Notes: a model not told the origin generated them from the sequence alone. A DNA stretch of 20,000 nucleotides from Nitrososphaerota archaeon (GCA_015522695.1 WALT01000007.1:12816-32815), one strand, 5' to 3'. Positions 1-8,496 are shown, numbered from the stretch's first letter. Numbers and translations are program-made.

Positions 1-330
1 TTGCACGAAATCCGACAGTATCTTCACATCCAGAAATGGAACATCAGAGGGGATCACGAGGACCGGGGTCGGCAGGACCGTCAACACGTATAGAAGATCC
101 TCTATGTATTCACCACTGGCGGCGATCGCCGCCAGTTTATCTGGACATATTCCCTTCAGCAGCCCTGCAGTTCTGAGCGTGTGCTCCGACAGGACTATCA
201 GCACATGTTTGCAGAGCTTACACGCCACATCGGTAACCTTGATTATCATCGGAGTTCCACATATTCGCACTACAGGTTTCACGATCCCATGGAGCCTCTC
301 AGCCTTGCCGCCAGCCATGACAGCGCACAT
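1..330 (-). CDS. cobY: NTP:adenosylcobinamide-phosphate guanylyltransferase (CobY-like), partial; runs off the left edge
   Basis: Not in the ORF track because it has no stop inside the window. Minus-strand translation from ATG at 330: MCAVMAGGKAERLHGIVKPVVRICGTPMIIKVTDVACKLCKHVLIVLSEHTLRTAGLLKGICPDKLAAIAASGEYIEDLLYVLTVLPTPVLVIPSDVPFLDVKILSDFVQ. The N-terminal nucleotidyltransferase motif (MAGGKAxR) and VIPSDVPFL fit MobA/CobY. Start overlaps the cbiS stop (TGATG). Confidence 0.82.
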   Translation of the reverse strand, partial: MCAVMAGGKAERLHGIVKPVVRICGTPMIIKVTDVACKLCKHVLIVLSEHTLRTAGLLKGICPDKLAAIAASGEYIEDLLYVLTVLPTPVLVIPSDVPFLDVKILSDFVQ

Positions 331-1433
331 CAAGATCGGTCGCTCGCATGCCCATCGTAGAGTAGCGTCAGCAGCGAACCCACCATGGCCGAGATGACAT
401 CGTCCTCGAACATGGGCTTGTCCGCTATCTCCCGGAGGCTTTTATCTTTGATCCTCTCTATCCAATACATGGAGAGGAGTCCTCTGGCACCGGCCACATA
501 TAACGCTAGAGCTGATCCTATGAGTTCGTCCGCGACTATCTTGGTGCTATCGGCTTCGTACTCATCGACGCTGAGATTCGGTAGGGAGCCCATCGAGGCG
601 TGCAGATCCAGCTCGCGAGCCCCGACCAGAAAGCTCCACACATTTGGATCCTTCAACGCCCTGTCCAGGGCTTCCTCCAGCTCCTTGCGCGCATCCTCAG
701 CGCTCAATCCCGGTATTGGGGCCATGTCGTATGCTCGGACGGTGATGTCCAACAGCTCCTGGACCGAAATCCCCAGGAGGTTCCTGAGCAAGATATCATC
801 ATCCGATAGGCGACGGCCACGATCGACTATGGCGCTATAGACGGCAACGCCGATCGCAGCGCCGAGGCTCGTCGCAGATCCAGCGGTCAGGAGGGTGCTT
901 GCTTCATCGGACGGCTTGAGGACGGCGATCGCATCCGTGATCGTGCCGTAGGCCCTGCCCTTACACCTCAGATAGAGATCTGATGCGGCTAGTACCTTGG
1001 CCTCGATTGTCGTCCTGTATAGGTCGGCGAGAGCCTCACGCCTCAGCGGAGCATCGACCGCCACGATGACGTTCATCGTGCCTGAAGCGATCGGGGCGAA
1101 AAGCCTCTCGGAGTGTAAACATCCAGCTGGCTCGAGCCCTGTGGTCACGAATATGTGTGCCTCGTATGGCTTCTCCAGGGTTATATGTACATAATTTTTA
1201 ACGTCGGCCGACGTGAAGAACGCTATCGCGCCGGACGACCTGATGGACCTCGATAGGGAGGCAGCATAACTGATGGGGCTCTTCAGGAGATCTTCGTCGC
1301 CGGTGACGTGTTTTATCAGCACATGTCTCACCTTCTCGCCGACGGTAACGGCTGAGGATATCGCCTCCATCTCGCCCTCGAACTCTATTATCAGAGCATC
1401 CAGATCCTCGTCCAGGTATTCTTCCCTGATCAT
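330..1433 (-). CDS. cbiS: Adenosylcobinamide amidohydrolase fused to alpha-ribazole-phosphate phosphatase (CbiZ-CobZ fusion, CbiS-like)
   Basis: 367 aa. N-terminal CbiZ-like (VTTGLEPA, ASGTMNVIVAVDAPL) and C-terminal CobZ/PgpA-like segment (DDVISAMVGSLLTLLYD). Located directly after cobT with a 4-nt overlap. Confidence 0.82.
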   Translation of the reverse strand: MIREEYLDEDLDALIIEFEGEMEAISSAVTVGEKVRHVLIKHVTGDEDLLKSPISYAASLSRSIRSSGAIAFFTSADVKNYVHITLEKPYEAHIFVTTGLEPAGCLHSERLFAPIASGTMNVIVAVDAPLRREALADLYRTTIEAKVLAASDLYLRCKGRAYGTITDAIAVLKPSDEASTLLTAGSATSLGAAIGVAVYSAIVDRGRRLSDDDILLRNLLGISVQELLDITVRAYDMAPIPGLSAEDARKELEEALDRALKDPNVWSFLVGARELDLHASMGSLPNLSVDEYEADSTKIVADELIGSALALYVAGARGLLSMYWIERIKDKSLREIADKPMFEDDVISAMVGSLLTLLYDGHASDRS

Positions 1434-2548
1434 CGACGTCGGGACATCAACCTCCGATACTCCTCGAAGATCGCGGATTTCAGCCCGCTGAACGGCGCTC
1501 CTCCCAGGAGGCTAGCCAACATGAAGCCCCCCGCCCCGACGCCTTCCTTAACGTATCCTCTCTCGTATGCCCTCAGACCGGGATATTGAGGGTCGCTGAA
1601 GTCCATGTCGGCCGCTGCAAGGGTGACATCGTCCCCAGCTATCTCCTTCACGAGGCCGGCGATATCAGAACTCTCGTCCTCGGCCAGCCATCTGGTGGTG
1701 GCGACCAAAATCCTGCCCAGGTTAGCCTTCATCCCGTTCAGTATCGCTAAGACGGCACACATCTGCGTGCCTCCAGCTAAGATCACCGCTTTATCGTGCC
1801 TCAATAGACCATCTGCGAATCCAGCTATTGCTATGTGTAGAGGATCACCGACGGCGTCCACGACGTCGAACACAGTCGTGCGTGTCGTAGGTCCGCTCCT
1901 AGCCATTGCCCTATCGATTACACGGCTCTTAAGCTCATGTGGATTCTCCGGGCTCGCGCTGCTGACCCTCTCCACAGCGCGATACCCTAATGACTCCATG
2001 ATCGCAGCGGCGGTCGTCGTGCCTCCTGGCATACTTTCACCCACGATAAAGACGTCAGCGGCCCGCTGCAGGCTTGATGCCAACGTCAGGGCTTCTTCGT
2101 AGAGCCCCTTCGAGGTGCCAGAAGGGAGGGCGTCCTCGACGTCGATGCTCCCGCCGACTCTATAGCTGGGGAGGACGATGTGGGGTATTTGAGGGGTCGA
2201 GTAGGCCCCCGAATCCACCACCAGCACAGGAAGTTCGGAGAAGAGGATGGCGGATCGCGAGATCACAGCCGGTGTGGGTATACCGTCGGGCGTCACGGGT
2301 AGAGGGCCTGAGATCGTCTCCCCCAGAAGTAGATACTCCACATCGAGGGCTGGGGTGTACAGCGTATCCTGGGGCGTGGAGCCCGCTATGCTGATTCCCG
2401 GTATCGTGGAAACTCGCGTTGAGGCTATGAACACGAACCCCAATACCCTGTGATCTTCGATGGCGCTAGCTATCCAATCGATCAGTTCCCCCCTCCTTTT
2501 CTTCCCCTTCTCATCTTCATATCCAAAAATGTTGACGTGACTGTACAT
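1430..2548 (-). CDS. cobT: Archaeal nicotinate-nucleotide-dimethylbenzimidazole phosphoribosyltransferase family (CobT-like)
   Basis: 372 aa. Gly-rich motifs (VGESMPGGTTTAAAIMESLGY, ILAGGTQMCAVLAI) and operon context with cobalamin genes. Confidence 0.85.
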   Translation of the reverse strand: MYSHVNIFGYEDEKGKKRRGELIDWIASAIEDHRVLGFVFIASTRVSTIPGISIAGSTPQDTLYTPALDVEYLLLGETISGPLPVTPDGIPTPAVISRSAILFSELPVLVVDSGAYSTPQIPHIVLPSYRVGGSIDVEDALPSGTSKGLYEEALTLASSLQRAADVFIVGESMPGGTTTAAAIMESLGYRAVERVSSASPENPHELKSRVIDRAMARSGPTTRTTVFDVVDAVGDPLHIAIAGFADGLLRHDKAVILAGGTQMCAVLAILNGMKANLGRILVATTRWLAEDESSDIAGLVKEIAGDDVTLAAADMDFSDPQYPGLRAYERGYVKEGVGAGGFMLASLLGGAPFSGLKSAIFEEYRRLMSRRR

Positions 2549-2553
2549 ATATC

Positions 2554-2576
2554 CTTGGATGGCTTATCCATCCAAG
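2554..2576. promoter_or_regulatory. Perfect 9-bp inverted repeat CTTGGATGG-N5-CCATCCAAG in the cobT leader/promoter region; possible operator or RNA hairpin
   Basis: Direct reading of sequence 2554-2562 and 2568-2576; lies between the minus-strand TATA-like box and the cobT start codon at 2548. Confidence 0.55.
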
Positions 2577-2578
2577 AA

Positions 2579-2588
2579 TTATTTAAAG
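2579..2588 (-). promoter_or_regulatory. TATA-like element (CTTTAAATAA) for the cobT-cbiS-cobY cluster
   Basis: A/T-rich archaeal-type box about 36 nt upstream of the cobT start; spacing places the TSS inside the inverted repeat. Confidence 0.5.
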
Positions 2589-2850
2589 ATTGTTTACCGC
2601 CCTGATCTCGTATCCGGATCAAAATACACGATCTCAATATCCGATACGTCACCAGCAGCTATCGCCCCGAAGGATCCGTATCGAGGATCCCTTTGAAGAT
2701 GGATCGATCGGCATCAGTCGAACCACGAGGACGAAGTCGATCCACGACATAAACGTGGTGATCTGTTCACGTCCTTGAATGGAGGACTTCCGTGGCTGTT
2801 GAGGAGGAATTTAAATCGGCATCGTGGATGGAGGATTTCGGTTCAGTAGG

Positions 2851-3264
<414 letters not shown>

Positions 3265-3565
3265 ATGCCATGGACCGGTCATCGCACCGGATCACTACAG
3301 GGATCATCCCCCACTTGAGGTGTAAGGTGAAGTTCGGGCGGGTTTAAGGGATCCGGGGAGCTGGATCGAACTTTAAGGGGCGACACAGCGGGTTTCATCT
3401 TTATAAATCTCAGGATGGACGATCATCTGGAAGGGACATCATGCGATCGACCTCTGGAATCAGCTGTGGACGTGTGATCGCTCTATCCACACGATCTGGG
3501 CTTCACGGAGTACCTGGAAACACCGTCTTCAGCATCCTTGGCCATCCCTCGAGGGCGCCGGGAAG

Positions 3566-3892
3566 TTGAGAGAGGAAGCTAGGGTGATCAAACACGTGTT
3601 CCTCCCCAGCAGGAGGGCGGTGTGGACCGTGGTCAGTGGAGGGGAATATATCGTTTCCTTGGATCCGCCCTCCTGTACATGTCCGTACTTCTTCTTCAAT
3701 ACCCTCAGGGGTAGGAGAGGGATCTGCAAACATCTCAGGGCTCTTGAGAGGGCCGTCTACTGGGGAGAATATGAAATAGTATTGGGTAGCGATGATGAAT
3801 TGGAGATATTGCTCCGTGGGATCTTGAAGGACCTGTGGATCAGCTTTTATAAAGGAAGGGCACCTGCGGCATCAGGAGCCCCGGTAGCATAG
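3566..3892 (+). CDS. SWIM zinc-finger domain protein (short archaeal type)
   Basis: 108 aa; VWTVVSGGEYIVSLDPPSCTCPYFFFNTLRGRRGICKHL gives the CxCx(n)CxH SWIM pattern. TTG start is uncertain. The stop lies inside tRNA-Thr. Confidence 0.72.
   Translation: MREEARVIKHVFLPSRRAVWTVVSGGEYIVSLDPPSCTCPYFFFNTLRGRRGICKHLRALERAVYWGEYEIVLGSDDELEILLRGILKDLWISFYKGRAPAASGAPVA
3845..3853 (+). promoter_or_regulatory. TATA-like box (TTTTATAAA) for tRNA-Thr, inside the SWIM ORF
   Basis: Centred about 29 nt upstream of the tRNA-Thr 5' end. Confidence 0.55.
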
Positions 3893-3949
3893 CGGCAATG
3901 CGCCCGCCTTGTAAGCGGGAGATCGTGGGTTCAAATCCCGCCCGGGGCT
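3878..3949 (+). tRNA. tRNA-Thr(UGU)
   Basis: Acceptor GCCCCGG/CCGGGGC, D-stem GCAT/ATGC, anticodon arm CCCGC-CTTGTAA-GCGGG (TGT), T-arm GTGGG-TTCAAAT-CCCGC, discriminator T. No encoded CCA. Confidence 0.95.
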
Positions 3950-4260
3950 CCTCCACTGGTTCATTCCATCATCACGTCAATTAAACCTCATCTCACACCT
4001 GTCCGATCACGCTAGACCGTTACTGAGCGCATTTTTCCTTTGCACGATCTCCTGGATGGGTTTGAAGCGAATCCTCGGATGTCGATCTCAGCCATCATTG
4101 GAGAATATGTCAGGATTTCCCGTCGAATCTCGGATGATGGTGAAGATGATTTCCTTAAATCGGCACCATACGGATATAATGACCTTCATCAACGTTGAAA
4201 CAATACTTGGATCGTGTCCTGCAAAACTTTTTGTAGCGACCATCTGATACGAGTACGCCG

Positions 4261-4545
4261 ATGCAAAGGGAAAACGGGAAGATCGTGATCACCGTCCTTG
4301 GGAAGGACAGGGTGGGTATAGTCGCCGGGATATCACGCATATTGGCTGGACACAAGGTCAACATCCTCGACTTAGCATCGACCAAGATGGAGGACGTATT
4401 CGTGATGGTCGTTCTAGCGGATTTGTCTGGGGCTGACGTCAGCATAGCAGGGCTCAGGGAGGAGCTCTATCGTGAAGCCGATCGCATAAAGGTCGAGGTC
4501 ATGGTTCACCATTACGATGTATTTAAAGCGATGCAAAGGGTGTGA
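4261..4545 (+). CDS. Small ACT-domain protein (UPF0237-like)
   Basis: 94 aa; ITVLGKDRVGIVAGISRILAGHKVNILDL is a typical ACT-domain start. 4-nt overlap with the next gene. Confidence 0.88.
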   Translation: MQRENGKIVITVLGKDRVGIVAGISRILAGHKVNILDLASTKMEDVFVMVVLADLSGADVSIAGLREELYREADRIKVEVMVHHYDVFKAMQRV

Positions 4546-5939
4546 CCATGTCTTCTAAGGTCGGTATCGATGAGATATTAGAAACAGTCGATATGATAGC
4601 TTATAAACATCTGAACATCAGGACGGTGACCTTGGGGCTAAACGTGTTGGATGCGGCCTCGCCAAGCCCCGGCGTCACCAGGAGAAGGGTCGTCGAGAAG
4701 ATGCTCCATGAGGCAGGTGGCCTCGCGGAGGCTGTGGATGAGATATCGGGGGAATATGGAATCGAGATCGTGAACAGCAGGATAGCGCTGACGCCTCTCG
4801 CCATAGTTACAGCACCCCTTGTGGCTTCCGTCGACGGTGCCAGAGCGAAGGAGGAGCTCGTCGAATTGGCGAAGGAGATAGACGGGATAGCTGGTGATAT
4901 CGGGATAGACCTCGTAGGCGGTTATGGCGCACTGGTACATAAGGGTGAGACGGTGGCCGACAGAGTCCTCATCGCATCGATACCGGACGCGCTCACATCG
5001 ACAGGGAGGATCTGTTCAAGCATAAACGTGGCCGACACGAGGTCTGGGATCAACGTCGATGCGATAGCCATGTTAGGCCATGTGATAAGTGAGGTCGGCA
5101 AGAGGTCCCCTGAGGGCCATGGTGCGGCATGTGCCAGACTCATGGTACTGGCGAATGCGCCGGAGGACAATCCGTTCATGGCCGGCGGCTTTCATGGTTT
5201 GGGGAGTGCGGACAAGGTCGTCAACGTTGGGGTGAGCGGTCCAGCAGTATTGCTGGCCGCCATCAGGAATGCACCGGACCTCGACCTGCGTGGGATGGCG
5301 GAGTTGGTGAAACGGACCGCATTTAAGATCACCAGGCTTGGGGAGCTTGTGGGCAGGGAGATAGCGTTGAGGATTGGGGCGGAGTTCGGCGCGGTCGATC
5401 TATCCCTGGCTCCAGCTCCAGCCCCGAATGAGAGCGTGGCACGGATACTTGAGGCCATGGGCGTCGAGAGCATGGGGTTGCCGGGCAGCGTTGGAGCGTT
5501 GATGATCCTCGTAGATTCCATCAAGAAGGGAGGCGTCATGGCTGCATCGAGGACTGGCGGGTTCAGCGGAGCCTTCATCCCGGTCTCGGAGGATCCCGGC
5601 ATGAGTGCAGCCGTTTCCAATGGCACATTGACGATATCCGGGCTCCTGGCCTTGACCGCCGTTTCAGCCACTGGCCTCGACATGGTGCCGATACCGGGCG
5701 ATACGCCGCCGGACGTGATATCGTCGCTCATCCTCGATCAGGTGGCCATAGGGGTTGCAGTGGATAAAAGCGTCGGCGTTAGGCTGATCCCCGTGCCCGG
5801 AGCTAAGCCTGGAGATAAGGTCAACTTCGGTGGGCTCTTCGGCGAAGGGGTCGTGGTCGATGTACCACATGAGGGATCCGGGCCATTGCTGGCCAGAGGA
5901 GGACGGGTGCCTCCCTCCCTTCTCACACTGAGGAATTGA
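4542..5939 (+). CDS. PFL-like family protein (UPF0210/DUF711)
   Basis: 465 aa; NIRTVTLGLNVLD, GGFHGLGSADKVVNVGVSGPAV, SRTGGFSGAFIPVSEDPGM. Translationally coupled with the ACT protein, a common arrangement. Confidence 0.85.
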   Translation: MTMSSKVGIDEILETVDMIAYKHLNIRTVTLGLNVLDAASPSPGVTRRRVVEKMLHEAGGLAEAVDEISGEYGIEIVNSRIALTPLAIVTAPLVASVDGARAKEELVELAKEIDGIAGDIGIDLVGGYGALVHKGETVADRVLIASIPDALTSTGRICSSINVADTRSGINVDAIAMLGHVISEVGKRSPEGHGAACARLMVLANAPEDNPFMAGGFHGLGSADKVVNVGVSGPAVLLAAIRNAPDLDLRGMAELVKRTAFKITRLGELVGREIALRIGAEFGAVDLSLAPAPAPNESVARILEAMGVESMGLPGSVGALMILVDSIKKGGVMAASRTGGFSGAFIPVSEDPGMSAAVSNGTLTISGLLALTAVSATGLDMVPIPGDTPPDVISSLILDQVAIGVAVDKSVGVRLIPVPGAKPGDKVNFGGLFGEGVVVDVPHEGSGPLLARGGRVPPSLLTLRN

Positions 5940-5941
5940 GA

Positions 5942-6251
5942 TGGCCCGAACACGCCGGTCGTAGCCCTCCTTCTGTTCTGGCGGGATTAAGCTTAGAGGC
6001 CTACCCGGGCCTCACCGGGGGTGTTCACGGGCCCTGCTTGGCCTTGCTCCACGCGGGACGGCCGTCTCATCCTCCCCAGGAAGGTCCTCCAGGGTTTAGG
6101 ACCCCTTCACGGCCATCCCTTCCCGGGGGGTATCGTTTCTTTTCCGTCGCCAGCGGTTTTCCGCTGCGCCTCACGGCGCCGCGCCCCCCGCTGGAGGGAG
6201 GAGCTTCCCCAGGGACATCCCCGTCGCCCGCCCGCCGGCGTGTTCGGGCCG
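5942..6251 (-). ncRNA. rnpB: RNase P RNA (archaeal type A-like)
   Basis: 16-bp perfect P1: GGCCCGAACACGCCGG (6250-6235, minus) pairs with CCGGCGTGTTCGGGCC (5958-5943, minus). CR-I GGGGAAGCTCCTCC and CR-V ACAGAAGGAGGGCTAC form P4 (AGC-[bulged U]-CCUCC with GGAGG-GCU). P8-like hairpin CAGCGGAAAACCGCTG and P12-like GGTCC...GGACC are present. Confidence 0.9.
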
Positions 6252-6273
6252 TCGTCGATATCGAAGGACAAAC

Positions 6274-6282
6274 GATATAGCC
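6274..6282 (-). promoter_or_regulatory. TATA-like box (GGCTATATC on the minus strand) for RNase P RNA
   Basis: Centred about 28 nt upstream of the P1 5' strand. Confidence 0.5.
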
Positions 6283-6302
6283 TTTTCCTCGAAATTAACT
6301 AT

Positions 6303-6584
6303 ATGGATCGAGAACCTTATTTATCGTCAAGGCGCTTGGTACATGGGTTGGCTAAAGCGTTCGTGCTAATAAATGCGGACCTGGGCACGGAGGAGGAGGT
6401 CGTCAACAGGCTCAAGCAGATACCATATGTGAAGGAGGTCTACACGGTTTATGGAGTATATGATATAATAGCGAAGATAGAGGCCGACAGCACGGATAAG
6501 ATCAAGGAGACGATAAGCTGGCATATACGAAGGTTGGACCATGTGAGATCTACGCTCACGATGGTGGTCGTGGGGGCTGTATAG
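6303..6584 (+). CDS. Lrp/AsnC-type ligand-binding (RAM) domain protein
   Basis: AKAFVLINADLGTEEEVVNRLKQIPYVKEVYTVYGVYDIIAKIEADSTDKIKETISWHIRRLDHVRSTLTMVVV. Start uncertain: ATG 6303, TTG 6336 or TTG 6348. TATA-like CTTATTTAT at about 6316-6324 favours 6348. The ORF-track start at 6021 lies inside the antisense RNase P gene. Confidence 0.8.
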   Translation: MDREPYLSSRRLVHGLAKAFVLINADLGTEEEVVNRLKQIPYVKEVYTVYGVYDIIAKIEADSTDKIKETISWHIRRLDHVRSTLTMVVVGAV

Positions 6585-6598
6585 AACCCCAGAAGACC

Positions 6599-7912
6599 AT
6601 GGCGGTAGCGCACATAGGGATCGACGATACGGACTCGAACAGGTATGGTATGTGCACGACCTATATCGGTGCGGTAGTCGACGAGAATTTGAGGACAGCG
6701 GGTTATCGAAGGGTGGATCTCCCTAGGCTCGTGCGCCTGAATCCCACATGTCCGTTCAAAACGAGGGGAAATGGAGCCGTGCACTTGACGTTCAAGATCC
6801 ATGATGGACATGACCTATTCAGGATTCTGGAGATCGTAGAAGGGACCGTCGAGGAGTTGGCCGAGGTGAGGGATGAGTCCACGAACCCGGGCGTCGTCGT
6901 CGTGACCGATGATGATAGCACGGCCGTGGACGAACTGACTCCATTGTACGTGAAGGCATTGCGGGGCATTGTAGAGATCGACGATGCACTCGCATCCCTC
7001 GAAGAGACGGGGGGGATCGCCAGCTGGTTCAAAAATATACGGGGTGTGATAGGGGCATTGGCCGCTATAGGGGCACCGGATGAGGACATGGTGACGTATG
7101 AGCTCCTCGCATATAGAAGTACCACGATGCATGGCAGGAAGAGATCCGTGGATGTGCGGAGCGTACAGATAGCGGATCTGGAGACGTGGCCTTGGACGTA
7201 CGACAACTACGATTGGTATGATATGGAGATGTTGATAGCGCCCCACACGCCATGCCCGGTGCTTCTCGGTATAAGGGGCATGACTGAACGGGCTGTTGTC
7301 GAGGCGTACTCGAGGATGATAATCCATGGGGTGGAGAGGACTATGCTCTACAGGACGAACCAGGGTAGCGGCTTACATGCACTGCATATAAACAACCTAT
7401 CGGAATTAAAACCCTATACCACTGTCATCGTAGATGCAACCGTGAGCTCTGAACCGAAGCTCTCGAGCGGGGGGCATGTCTACGCATGGATAAGGGACCT
7501 GAACGGCGATGAGGTCAGGGTAGCTGCCTACGAGCCCACTAAGCACTTCAGGAAGATAATCTTGGCCCTGAGGCCTGGTGATCGCGTGAGGGTTCTAGGA
7601 TCCTATAAACCACATCCTCCACAGCCTCCGACGCTGAACCTGGAACTCGTTGAGATACTGGAACTCGCCCCCAAGGAGCGTTCAGTGGCTCCAAAATGCC
7701 CTGTTTGTGGTTCGACGATGAAGAGCGCAGGTAAATCGAGGGGATATAGGTGTAAGAAGTGTGGATATTATGATCCTAACGCGAAGTTGATCAACGTGAA
7801 GGAACCCAGGGAGGTGATCAAGGGATTATACGTAACGCCGCCGAGGGCACATAGACATCTGACTAAGCCCATGGAGGGCTTCACCTTCTGGGGACCTCGT
7901 GAACGGTATTAG
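6599..7912 (+). CDS. tiaS: tRNA(Ile2) 2-agmatinylcytidine synthetase
   Basis: 437 aa; N-terminal HIGIDDTDSNRYGMCTTYIGAVV, PTCPFKTRGNGAVHL, C-terminal OB-like domain and zinc ribbon (CPVCGSTMKSAGKSRGYRCKKCG). Confidence 0.93.
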   Translation: MAVAHIGIDDTDSNRYGMCTTYIGAVVDENLRTAGYRRVDLPRLVRLNPTCPFKTRGNGAVHLTFKIHDGHDLFRILEIVEGTVEELAEVRDESTNPGVVVVTDDDSTAVDELTPLYVKALRGIVEIDDALASLEETGGIASWFKNIRGVIGALAAIGAPDEDMVTYELLAYRSTTMHGRKRSVDVRSVQIADLETWPWTYDNYDWYDMEMLIAPHTPCPVLLGIRGMTERAVVEAYSRMIIHGVERTMLYRTNQGSGLHALHINNLSELKPYTTVIVDATVSSEPKLSSGGHVYAWIRDLNGDEVRVAAYEPTKHFRKIILALRPGDRVRVLGSYKPHPPQPPTLNLELVEILELAPKERSVAPKCPVCGSTMKSAGKSRGYRCKKCGYYDPNAKLINVKEPREVIKGLYVTPPRAHRHLTKPMEGFTFWGPRERY

Positions 7913-7915
7913 AGG

Positions 7916-8002
7916 GGCCGCCGCCGGGATTTCCGGGCATCCCTATCGAACCCGGGTCGGGGGCTCCACAGGCCCCTGTGCTACCACTGCACTACGGCGG
8001 CC
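7916..8002 (-). tRNA. tRNA-His(GUG) with encoded G-1, C73 and a 15-nt intron in the T-loop
   Basis: Minus strand: G-GCCGCCG TA GTGC AGTGGTA GCAC A GGGGC CTGTGGA GCCCC CGAC CCGGG TTCGAT [AGGGATGCCCGGAAA] T CCCGG CGGCGGC C. Confidence 0.9.
7930..7944 (-). other. Putative tRNA intron at position 59/60 (AGGGATGCCCGGAAA)
   Basis: Removing 15 nt restores a 7-nt T-loop (TTCGATT). The precursor folds as a BHB: T-stem, TTCG:CGGA 4-bp central helix (one G.U), 3-nt bulges ATA and AAT, short GG:CC helix with a GATG loop. Confidence 0.82.
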
Positions 8003-8027
8003 ACCATCCTCCGAGGCGGAAGTCCAA

Positions 8028-8035
8028 GATAAAAA
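8028..8035 (-). promoter_or_regulatory. TATA-like box (TTTTTATC on the minus strand) for tRNA-His
   Basis: Centred about 30 nt upstream of the tRNA 5' end. Confidence 0.5.
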
Positions 8036-8091
8036 CTGTTCTCGTACAATCCATCCAGAAAAGCAAAAATACGGTGGTGGATCGAGCGATC

Positions 8092-8490
8092 ATGATGAGC
8101 ACGAGGCCTGTGGAGCTGGGTAGCATAAAGGAGGGCAGCTTCGTCCTGCTCGACAGCGAGCCCTGCAGGGTTGTCGAGGTCGAGAAGAGCAAGCCCGGAA
8201 AACACGGGAGCGCCAAGGTCAGGTTGGTAGCGATAGGTTTTTTCACGGGATCTAAAAAGTCCCATGTTGGGCCTGCGAGCTCGAGGGTAGACGTCCCTGG
8301 GATAGAGAAGAGGAGTGGACAGGTGTTATCGATGATGAACGATACTGTACAGATAATGGATCTCGAGACGTTCGAGACGTTCGAGACGCGATATATCAGC
8401 GAGGATGCTGTACATAAGATAGAGCCGGGAGTGGAAGTCGAGTACTGGAGGATAATGGGTAAAACGAGGGTCATGAAGGTGAAGAGATAG
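8092..8490 (+). CDS. eif5A: Translation initiation factor 5A (aIF5A)
   Basis: PVELGSIKEGSFVLLDSEPCRVVEVEKSKPGKHGSAKVRLVAIGFFTGSKKSHVGPASSRVDVP, with the conserved SKPGKHGSAKxR hypusination loop. ATG at 8092 or 8095. Confidence 0.95.
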   Translation: MMSTRPVELGSIKEGSFVLLDSEPCRVVEVEKSKPGKHGSAKVRLVAIGFFTGSKKSHVGPASSRVDVPGIEKRSGQVLSMMNDTVQIMDLETFETFETRYISEDAVHKIEPGVEVEYWRIMGKTRVMKVKR

Positions 8491-8496
8491 ACGTAA

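Noticed and set aside
1605-2102. Plus-strand 165-aa ORF, and similar ORFs at 104-397, 385-840 and 2074-2394
   Set aside because: Antisense to well-supported minus-strand cobalamin genes; low-complexity Ser/Ala-rich translations typical of antisense frames in GC-rich DNA.
2549-2850. Possible cobalamin riboswitch upstream of cobT
   Set aside because: No B12-box-like or multi-helix riboswitch architecture seen; only the short inverted repeat is supported.
3950-4000. C-box-like GTGATGA on the minus strand near 3965-3971 (C/D sRNA candidate)
   Set aside because: No convincing D or D' box at the right spacing, and the candidate would run into the tRNA-Thr complement.
4208-4226. Short hairpin CTGCAAAA-CT-TTTTGTAG upstream of the ACT gene
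   Set aside because: Short and imperfect, with no clear promoter or terminator context; not distinguishable from chance.
5192-5731. Minus-strand 179-aa ORF, plus 4601-4804, 4638-4940 and 4922-5179
   Set aside because: Antisense to the PFL-family gene, with no recognizable motifs.
5936-6280. Plus-strand 114-aa ORF and the N-terminal extension of 6021-6584
   Set aside because: Pro/Gly/Arg-rich translation lying entirely across the RNase P RNA gene on the opposite strand; not protein-like.
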